64,000 bases of DNA from a virus: positions 54,221-118,220 of IMG/VR virus record IMGVR_UViG_3300047322_000252, one strand, 5' to 3'. Of the stretch, positions 48,888 through 56,027 are shown piece after piece. The position numbers and the translations under genes are program-made. Each line of letters begins with the position of its first letter. Positions within the stretch are counted from its first letter, which is position 1. The notes beneath the pieces are model-generated. The model did no database searches. It was not told where the DNA came from and saw only the letters and a list, made by a program, of their open reading frames with translations.

Positions 48888-49609
48888 GCATCCAGAAGAA
48901 GGGCACTGCACAGATCCCGGGCCAGTTGAAGATGTTCATGACGCCTGACGAGATCCACGCTGAGTACCAGCCCTTGGACGCCGATCGTCACGAGCGGGGC
49001 ACCGACACGTACGTGAGCGGTAGCTCTTGGAACCCTGCTACGCCGTCCACTGGCGGGTCGGAGTGGGGCGACCTGGCCCATAACAAGGAGAAGCCCCCGC
49101 AGCCTCAGTACGGTGCCACGCCGGGCGGGGGCTGGTACAACCGCACCCAGGGCGGCGGCAAGTGGGTCACGCACGAGGTGACCGAGTCCGACGAGGACTT
49201 GTACGCCCGCAAGCTGAGCGAGGCCCAGGGCTACGCCGACGAGGACGAGTACCCCGAGCACAAGCTCATGGTGGGCAACTCATCCCGCTACAGCGGCGAG
49301 ACGTACCACTCGGCCCGCACCACGACGGGCGGCGGGCACGAGTCTTCGTGGGAGTCCGAGATGCGCTACACGCCGGGCAACAAGGCCACCCTGCACGAGG
49401 CCATCGGTGAGGAAGGTGTGAAGTCGCCCATCCGGCTGGGTCAGACCATCGGCAGCCAGGGCAAGCCCGAGATCGTTGGAGGGCATCACCGAGTGGCCTC
49501 AGCCACCGAGCACGCCCAGTACGGCAACTGGTCCCACCAGTTCCTGCCGGTGCTCCACTACAAGAACATCGGTGAGGCCAAGAGCGACCCGACGTTCAAG
49601 TACACGTGA
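48884..49609 (+). CDS. Protein with C-terminal ParB/sulfiredoxin-like domain
   Basis: L.EAI...GV..PI.L....IVGGHHRV.SA. Confidence 0.6.
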   Translation: MSIQKKGTAQIPGQLKMFMTPDEIHAEYQPLDADRHERGTDTYVSGSSWNPATPSTGGSEWGDLAHNKEKPPQPQYGATPGGGWYNRTQGGGKWVTHEVTESDEDLYARKLSEAQGYADEDEYPEHKLMVGNSSRYSGETYHSARTTTGGGHESSWESEMRYTPGNKATLHEAIGEEGVKSPIRLGQTIGSQGKPEIVGGHHRVASATEHAQYGNWSHQFLPVLHYKNIGEAKSDPTFKYT

Positions 49610-49794
49610 TGGACGACCGAGCGAAGCTACGAGGGGCGGTGACCCGGACCAGTCGCCAGTTCGACAAGATCCTCGCTCAGTACGGCGCCAACGACATCCC
49701 CGAGAGCCATCCGCTGCACGCCAAGGCGGTAGCAGCCAAGCAGAAGCACCGGGCGGCTACGCAGGCGCTGAGGGAGCACGAGCAGCGTGAATGA
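49606..49794 (+). CDS. Hypothetical protein
   Basis: Coupled ORF. Confidence 0.5.
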   Translation: MMDDRAKLRGAVTRTSRQFDKILAQYGANDIPESHPLHAKAVAAKQKHRAATQALREHEQRE

Positions 49795-50311
49795 GTGCCT
49801 GATCGTCTCCTTGGAGGACGTGTTGGCGATGGACGCCAACAACGCCTGGGCACGCAACGTGGACCTGTACGGCGCTCTTGGAGGGACCTTCCGCACTGTT
49901 GTCATCACACGGTGGGACCGTGAAGAGGCCAAGCGGTGGATGCGGGCCGAGCGGGTGCGCTACGACCTGCTCTTGGAGCGGGGCAACAGCATCCTGAACG
50001 ATCACGAGTGGAAGCTGCATGCGGTGACCGAGGTACAGGCGATGGGATGGCCCATCGGGGTGTACCTGGACAGTGACCCCGGCGTGGTCCAGGAGGTACT
50101 GGCCCGGGGCATCACCACGCTGTTGATCTCGTTTCGGGTGGCCCGGCCCAACTGGGTACCTGTTGTCGGTGCCCCTCGGGCTTGGGACGACCTGGTCGCC
50201 TTCATCGATGACCAACGGGAGGCCAACGGCGTGAGCGGGGAGGTCGTGGACGAGGTCGGTGGTGGGCGTCGGTCGAGATGGCCGGGTGAGGTCCAGGCTG
50301 ATGTGGGTTAG
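49787..50311 (+). CDS. HAD-like (PNK phosphatase-type fold) protein, possibly degenerate
   Basis: IVSLEDVL, VVITR, K, YLDSDP....L.RGI.TL. Confidence 0.55.
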   Translation: MNECLIVSLEDVLAMDANNAWARNVDLYGALGGTFRTVVITRWDREEAKRWMRAERVRYDLLLERGNSILNDHEWKLHAVTEVQAMGWPIGVYLDSDPGVVQEVLARGITTLLISFRVARPNWVPVVGAPRAWDDLVAFIDDQREANGVSGEVVDEVGGGRRSRWPGEVQADVG

Positions 50312-50413
50312 CAGCCACGCCATCACCACGAACAGTGCTATGACAACAGTCAATGTCAATGCGTCTCTGAGCATGTTCCCGCCCTCCCAGTTGAGCCGAG
50401 CTACGCTACCGCC

Positions 50414-50725
50414 ATGGCTCTGAGCAAGAAGCCTGCCCAGGATGAGGGCACCATGATGGGCGGTAAGAAGGTGCGTACCGTTCGAGGTGGTGGCATCTGT
50501 TCGTCCGGGGACAAGCCTGCGCTCACCAGGGACACCTTGAAGACGGTCACCTGCCAGGCGACTCCTGGAGCGGACCCTCGGCCTCGCTGGCGGGTGGCTG
50601 GCTCCAACATCTCCTCCACCGGCTCACAAGGTTCACACGGCACCCGAGGTTCCCGGGGTAAGACGCACGGCTCTCCGACAGCGGAGAAGGAAAAGCCTCG
50701 TCTCCTGCGTCAGAGGAGCGGCTGA
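50414..50725 (+). CDS. Basic hypothetical protein
   Basis: Leaderless TACGCT, 6 nt, ATG. Confidence 0.55.
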   Translation: MALSKKPAQDEGTMMGGKKVRTVRGGGICSSGDKPALTRDTLKTVTCQATPGADPRPRWRVAGSNISSTGSQGSHGTRGSRGKTHGSPTAEKEKPRLLRQRSG

Positions 50726-50726
50726 C

Positions 50727-51344
50727 ATGCCTGACTTCCACGGCTACGGCTACAACTCCTGGCAGACCCCTGGCTCGTGGGGCGGCGGCGGTATGTCCCG
50801 CTCCCGCATGGGTGTCTTCCACAACGGTGCCGTCTTCGGCACGCCGTTCAAGGGCGGGCCGTTGAAGGGGATGCAGCCCTCCAAGACGCCGAACACGCCC
50901 GGGGGCCGGGCCTTGGAGCCGCTGGGCGGCGTCGAGTGGGGCAAGGGCACCGCTGCGATCGGCAACGTGTTGAAGACCCGAGGGGCCGTGAAGCCCCGCT
51001 GGGGCACGTTCCAGGGCAGCACGCTGGCCTCGGCGCCGATGATGCAGCAACAGCCCGCCCTTGGAGCGGGTACACAGCCCATGGCCCTTGGAGCGGGCAC
51101 CGAGCAGTTGGCGCTCAACGCAGCCCCGGCTCGCCAGCTTGGAGGGCCGACAGCCCAGGGCGCTCTTCCTCGTGCCGCTCCACAGCCTCCTGGTCCCGTC
51201 GTGATGCCTTCTGGGCCTCGGCCCACGGGTCCGGCGCCCACACCGCTCGCTCTCGGCCCTGCTGGCTCCGCAGCGCCTCTTGGACCCACACGCCGGGGGC
51301 GTCAGAAGGCCTTCGCCGGGCAGATGAAGTTCGGAGAGGGCTGA
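50727..51344 (+). CDS. Gly/Pro-rich hypothetical protein with ALGAG repeats
   Basis: AGGAG RBS; near-tandem gcccttggagcggg repeats around 51057-51100. Confidence 0.6.
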   Translation: MPDFHGYGYNSWQTPGSWGGGGMSRSRMGVFHNGAVFGTPFKGGPLKGMQPSKTPNTPGGRALEPLGGVEWGKGTAAIGNVLKTRGAVKPRWGTFQGSTLASAPMMQQQPALGAGTQPMALGAGTEQLALNAAPARQLGGPTAQGALPRAAPQPPGPVVMPSGPRPTGPAPTPLALGPAGSAAPLGPTRRGRQKAFAGQMKFGEG

Positions 51345-51415
51345 TGTACATCGGCAGCGGCGTGGTCATCCTGATCATCGTCGTCATCGTCGTCGTCCTG
51401 CTGTTGCGGAGGTGA
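51344..51415 (+). CDS. 23-aa single-TM peptide
   Basis: MYIGSGVVILIIVVIVVVLLLRR; TGATG coupling, GGAGAGG RBS. Confidence 0.55.
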   Translation: MYIGSGVVILIIVVIVVVLLLRR

Positions 51416-51416
51416 C

Positions 51417-51638
51417 ATGGGCTGGGGACCGGGGGAGTACCAGTGCAAGGCCTGCAAGGCCGGTCCTGGTGAGCCGTGCATGGGCGTGGGGCGAGATCGC
51501 AAGGCCGGGAAGCTCTACGCCCGAGGCACCCGCCAGTTCCATCCGTCTCGTGGTCCGGGGATGGGGATTCTGAGCCGGGACTACAACAAGAACCCCGAGC
51601 TACGGAACCAGCCGTACCCGGCCCCTGGGGAGGCCTGA
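51417..51638 (+). CDS. Small Zn-finger protein
   Basis: CKAC.A.PGEPC...H.SR; GGAGG RBS. Confidence 0.6.
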   Translation: MGWGPGEYQCKACKAGPGEPCMGVGRDRKAGKLYARGTRQFHPSRGPGMGILSRDYNKNPELRNQPYPAPGEA

Positions 51639-51640
51639 GC

Positions 51641-51859
51641 GTGTCCTGGCTCAACGACACCCAGTTCGCCGGGGAGTACACGGTGACGCAGGGGGAGTAC
51701 AACCGGGGCATGCGCCCGCAGGCGTCCCTTCAAGCTGCCGCCGTCAGCCGACGCCGTAACCAGTTCGGCAAGGCGCTGACTGGGGATGTGGTGCGGGCTG
51801 GGGCACGTCCTGCCGACAAGCAGGAGCGAGCCAGGCACCGGGTGATCAAGAGCATCTGA
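51641..51859 (+). CDS. Hypothetical protein
   Basis: GGGAGG RBS before GTG; MSWLNDTQFAG. Confidence 0.5.
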   Translation: MSWLNDTQFAGEYTVTQGEYNRGMRPQASLQAAAVSRRRNQFGKALTGDVVRAGARPADKQERARHRVIKSI

Positions 51860-51874
51860 CGTAGCCTGCGTGTT

Positions 51875-53206
51875 GTGACACGTCTCTACTTCGCTGGCGC
51901 CGAGCAGCCCTCGCATCGCAACCTGCTGAGTGACTGCGGCGTCGAGCGCTTCGCCATCAACCTGACCAACATCAACCGCACCGTGAGCGGCGCTTGGAAC
52001 GTCTTCGAGCACCTGCCTCCAGGAGCGGAGTGGATCGCCTACGCCGACGAGCAGACCACGTGGGAGATGGCCGAACCCTTCGTGCGCCAGGAGCCGTTGC
52101 TCACCCTGGGGCCACTGGAGTGGCACACGCACTTCGAGGACGAGACGGCCTTCGCCCCCTTCTACCAGGTGGGCCTCCAGGGCTGGACGTTCCCCACGAT
52201 CGCCCTGACGGACGACAACGTGAAGCACCAGAACGTGCTGCGGTCGATCCTGGCGGGCTACCGGGGCAACGCCCTCGTGGCCGTCACCGGGTCGAGCAAG
52301 GGCGGTGTGGAGCGCTTGGACGCTCTCGTCACCAGCGCCTGGTTCGCCGCTCAGCGCTTCGGAGAGACGCAGGTGTGGGGAGGAACCAAGCTGCATCGCT
52401 ACGCAGGCTCACGCAAGGCTGAGGCCCGTCCCAAGCACCGTGCCGACATCGAGCGGCTGGGCATCGACTACCGGCTGATCGAGGCCGACGATCCCGAGGA
52501 AACGGCCCGCCTCGCTGTTGTGTCATGGCTCGCCTGGGAGGAACGCCATGCTGTGACAGCACCGAACCTCCTCTCGCTGTCAAGCACAGAGGAGTACTCG
52601 GATCAAGACGGGATGGGATCGGCGCACGTGGGCCTTGCCAGCGTCACCTCCAAAGCCCGGCACGATCGAGAGCAAGTCCTGCTGCCGGTGATGGGCTTGG
52701 AAGACCACGAGGAGCGGACGGTTGACGGCGAGGGCCGGGAGACGGTCACGACGCATCAGTCGGTCCGAGGTGTGGGCGAACTCATGCGCTCGTGTGACTC
52801 GTGCTTCCTGGCCCCGAGGTGCCCGGCCTTCCAGCCTCAGCACACGTGCGCCTTCAAGATCCCGGTCGTGATCAGGAGCAAGGACCAGCTACAGGGCCTC
52901 ATGCGGTCCGTGATCGAGATCCAGGGCCAGCGGGTGCTCTTCGCCCGGTTCGCAGAAGAGATTGAGGGCCAGGGCCTCAACGGCGACCTCTCGGCCGAAA
53001 TCGACCGGCTGTTCAAGAGCCTGGCAGCGATGAAGGACATCAACGACACCCGGGACGTGCTCCGGCTAGAGCTAGAGGCCAAGGGCAACAGCGGGATGCT
53101 GTCCCGTCTGTTCGGCGCCGATGTCGGCAACACGGCCAAGGCCTTGCAGGCTCCCCTGCACTCTGATCAGGTCTTGGACGCCTTCGAGCGCACTCCGCAG
53201 CATTGA
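51875..53206 (+). CDS. Multidomain phage protein: LYFAG-type N-terminal domain, Cys cluster CxxCxxxxxCP..C, helical C-terminus
   Basis: Leaderless TAGCCT, 7 nt, GTG; CDSCFLAPRCPAFQPQHTC. Confidence 0.65.
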   Translation: MTRLYFAGAEQPSHRNLLSDCGVERFAINLTNINRTVSGAWNVFEHLPPGAEWIAYADEQTTWEMAEPFVRQEPLLTLGPLEWHTHFEDETAFAPFYQVGLQGWTFPTIALTDDNVKHQNVLRSILAGYRGNALVAVTGSSKGGVERLDALVTSAWFAAQRFGETQVWGGTKLHRYAGSRKAEARPKHRADIERLGIDYRLIEADDPEETARLAVVSWLAWEERHAVTAPNLLSLSSTEEYSDQDGMGSAHVGLASVTSKARHDREQVLLPVMGLEDHEERTVDGEGRETVTTHQSVRGVGELMRSCDSCFLAPRCPAFQPQHTCAFKIPVVIRSKDQLQGLMRSVIEIQGQRVLFARFAEEIEGQGLNGDLSAEIDRLFKSLAAMKDINDTRDVLRLELEAKGNSGMLSRLFGADVGNTAKALQAPLHSDQVLDAFERTPQH

Positions 53207-53312
53207 CACTGACACGCAGGTGACCAGCACCGTCGCTGGACTAGTCGAGACGGACAGCCGTGGCTCCGGTGCCGAGTAGTAGGAGGGTGCTGGTCGTCGT
53301 GATGATGCCCGA

Positions 53313-53348
53313 GGACCCCCGGCACTGTCAAGCAGTGTCCGGGGGTCC
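53313..53348. terminator. Hairpin between convergent genes
   Basis: GGACCCCCGG-CACTG..CAGTG-T-CCGGGGGTCC. Confidence 0.6.
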
Positions 53349-53371
53349 GGGTTGGAACCTGACGTCTGTTC

Positions 53372-54709
53372 TCAGACCGGGAGTGTGAACCCCCGCCCCT
53401 TGACTTCGATGAGGCCCTGCTCCACCGCCAGGTCGAGCGCCGCCCCGCACCGCTCCGGGTGGGCCATGAAGCGGTTGGACTTGCGCATGACGTCCCGCTT
53501 CGAGAAGTCCGGGCCGACCTTCTGAGCGATCGCCATCAGGTGGACCAGGTCGTCGTCAGCGAAGCTGGCGCCCATCTCCCCGAACGCCCGCTTGGCGTCG
53601 ATCATCAGCGCCCGCAGGATGGCCTTGGCCGCTCCGGTGTCGTTCAGCGTCACCGTGTCCCGGCCGTTGACGATCGCCATGATGGCGGCGAGGCGGATGA
53701 AGTGACCACCACGGACCTTGGAAGCCCAGGCGGCGATCGAGCCGAGCATGCCGTCCGGCGCCATCAGCGGCTCAATCTCGTCCCGCCACTTCCCAATCTC
53801 CCGCACGGCGTCGCCGTTCCAGGTGATGGACTTGGGGTCCTTGTCGGAGTACCCCTTGACGATCCGAAGCATCTCGGCCTCGTACTCGCCCTGGGCCTCC
53901 GGGCTGGTCAGGTGCGGGCGGCTGATCCGCTGGCCGATCAGCGACTCCGGGTAGCTGATCAGGAACCGGGGCATCACGCCACGGTTCACCATGTCGGCGC
54001 CCAGGCTGTTCAGCACCGTGGGCTGCATCGCCAGCATCATGGTCAGGACCGGGCGGGCGATGGTCACCTGGCCGGTGCCACGACGGGCCTGCGTCAGCGT
54101 CTCGCCGTCGTAGCCCTTCAACAGGGCTTCCTTGGACCCGCCCCGGAAGTTGAGCAGACCCTCGGCCTCCGGGGAGGCGATGACCACCCGGCCGTTGTTG
54201 TCCTGCAACGCATCGATGAGCGCCGCAGGCGTGGCGTCGGTGAGGACGACCTGGGGGACCGCCTGGGAGGCCGACAGGCTCATGGCCCGCTCCGCAGCGG
54301 CAACCTCGGCCACGGCCTCTTCGATGGTCATGTTGCCCTTGGCGACCTCGTTCATCGCCTTGGCCTCGACTCGCTTGACGTACTTGCGGTTGACCCGGTT
54401 CCGGATGGCCTGGTACTTGGCGTCAGCGGCCTGCGTCACACCCGTCACATCGGTGAAGGCCCGGGTGACGGGGTCGAGCAGACGGGAGTAGACGGGGGAC
54501 TTGCCCTCGCCCGAGGCCAGGAGAGCCAGGGTGTAGAGCGTGGCTGGTTCCTTCCAGCCGGGGACCGGCATGGTGTTGGCACCGCCATTGATGGCTGAGG
54601 ACACGGCGCCCAACGACAGAAGGGCGACCGCATCGGTCGGGACCTGCAACTCGTCAGCCGTCTCGGTGACGAAGTCTGAGAGCCAGGAGGGAAGGTGATC
54701 GGTGAGCAT
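53372..54709 (-). CDS. DUF3987/YfjI-like P-loop protein
   Basis: W.EP..LY.L....SGEGKSP, D.TP.AL...L..N.GR, LLK.YDG....R, QP.VL, RG...RFL..P. Confidence 0.8.
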   Translation of the reverse strand: MLTDHLPSWLSDFVTETADELQVPTDAVALLSLGAVSSAINGGANTMPVPGWKEPATLYTLALLASGEGKSPVYSRLLDPVTRAFTDVTGVTQAADAKYQAIRNRVNRKYVKRVEAKAMNEVAKGNMTIEEAVAEVAAAERAMSLSASQAVPQVVLTDATPAALIDALQDNNGRVVIASPEAEGLLNFRGGSKEALLKGYDGETLTQARRGTGQVTIARPVLTMMLAMQPTVLNSLGADMVNRGVMPRFLISYPESLIGQRISRPHLTSPEAQGEYEAEMLRIVKGYSDKDPKSITWNGDAVREIGKWRDEIEPLMAPDGMLGSIAAWASKVRGGHFIRLAAIMAIVNGRDTVTLNDTGAAKAILRALMIDAKRAFGEMGASFADDDLVHLMAIAQKVGPDFSKRDVMRKSNRFMAHPERCGAALDLAVEQGLIEVKGRGFTLPV

Positions 54710-55068
54710 CAGGGTGTCTTTCTCGGTATCAGGGGTTTGTGTTCAGGTTCTGAATGAAGTGTACCACGCCCCCAGCACCTGTCATGGGCCAAACGGCCCA
54801 ATAACGGCACTCTCTGATGTGACAACGGTCACACCTTGTTGTCAACACAGTGTGACGGCGTGGGGACCGGGACCGGGGTGGCGGAACCCCACAATCCCTG
54901 ACCGCTGCGGGGTCCCAGGACACAGGCGGCGGGAGCCTGCGCCCCTTCCCGCTTGCGATCGCCAACCCACGCCGTCACGGTTCAGGACCCTAACAATGGT
55001 CGATGCCCTGGTCAAGAATCTGACCAGGGCATCTGTGGGGCTTCGGGTGCGGGTCCTTCCCGCCTGTC

Positions 55069-55470
55069 TCACGCCTTGACGATCTTCCGCTTCGGCTTGG
55101 CCGGGGCGCTGGTCCGCTTGGTGGCAGGTTTCGAGCCATTGCCATTGACACTGGCCTCTTCCCGAGCCGCCTTGATCGAGCGCAGGCTGGGGGACTTGGT
55201 CACGCCACGCTCCGAGGTCTGGTCCTCATGCTTCTGCACGACGACGTAGCCGTCCTCGGTGATCCGGACCCGGACCTTCAAGCCACGCCGGTTGGCCGAC
55301 GTGCGGACGACCCGTTCCAGTGAGACAGCGGGACCATCGAAGTCCTCGCCCGGGTGCAACTCATGGATGCGGCCATCGAACCACTCGGACCAGGGGTACG
55401 AGCGGCTGCGGGGTGTAGCGCTGTTCCTGGACACGAAGGTCCAGTCGAAACTCTTCAAGACGGTGGACAT
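55069..55470 (-). CDS. Small basic protein, putative DNA binding
   Basis: YPW.EWFDG....L..GEDF; AAGGAAGG RBS; basic tail. Confidence 0.65.
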   Translation of the reverse strand: MSTVLKSFDWTFVSRNSATPRSRSYPWSEWFDGRIHELHPGEDFDGPAVSLERVVRTSANRRGLKVRVRITEDGYVVVQKHEDQTSERGVTKSPSLRSIKAAREEASVNGNGSKPATKRTSAPAKPKRKIVKA

Positions 55471-55511
55471 GGTTGGGGTGTGCCTTCCTTAGGTGTTGGG
55501 GTTGTGATGAC

Positions 55512-55545
55512 AGTGTAGCAGGTCGTTGTGAGAACACAACGTCAC
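55512..55545 (-). promoter_or_regulatory. Promoter GTGACGTTGTG-N11-ACCTGCTACACT (copy 1)
   Basis: Same flanks and spacing as 58027-58060; TG-extended TACACT -10. Confidence 0.65.
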
Positions 55546-55982
55546 CAGTTCTTGTGGAACCTGCCGGTGGTGAGGTCGAAGGTGTACTGGCTGGTGGCGG
55601 GCTGAGCCTGGCGTGCCAGGGCGGTGGAGGTCCTGCCGGGGGGCGCTGGGATGCGCTGTGGCGCCATGTAGCGCTTCATGCGGCGACCGTGGGCCATCAC
55701 CATGTAGATGACCGCCCAGGTGCAGAAGAGGGCCAGCAGGAGGCACAGAGCGCCCATGCCTCCCTCTCCGCTCACGAAGCCGCCGAGCGCACTGACGTAG
55801 CCGAACACGGCCACCAGGCCCAGCAGGGAGCCACCGATGATGGTGCCTCCCCCGCTGATCCCGGCCTGGGCCGCAGCCCGCTTGTCTCCGGTGGCCTGGT
55901 AGGCCCGGTAGGCCTCGAAGCCAGCGCCGAGAGCTACGTCTCGGATGACGTACCCGTTGTCTCCGGGTTGTCGGATGGTCAT
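55542..55982 (-). CDS. Membrane protein (2 TM)
   Basis: Hydrophobic helices; AAAGGA RBS. Confidence 0.6.
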   Translation of the reverse strand: MTIRQPGDNGYVIRDVALGAGFEAYRAYQATGDKRAAAQAGISGGGTIIGGSLLGLVAVFGYVSALGGFVSGEGGMGALCLLLALFCTWAVIYMVMAHGRRMKRYMAPQRIPAPPGRTSTALARQAQPATSQYTFDLTTGRFHKNW

Positions 55983-56027
55983 GGTCAGGGGTCCTTTGTC
56001 AATGTCAATGGTGTTGTGACGATGTTA

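Noticed and set aside
49757-50374. Minus-strand ORF with hydrophobic N-terminus (MLRDALTLTVVIALFVVMAWLL)
   Set aside because: It mostly overlaps the HAD-like gene antisense, and its start region is explained by adjacent motifs A and B; cannot be supported as a gene
21283-53333. CTGTCAAGCA near 21283, 52577 and 53326 resembling the L5 stoperator core (TGTCAAG)
   Set aside because: Only three copies, lacking the GGTGG half; one is a hairpin loop
53207-53371. tRNA or other RNA gene in this intergenic gap
   Set aside because: No cloverleaf or T-loop signature; only a 10-bp inverted repeat and a terminator-like hairpin
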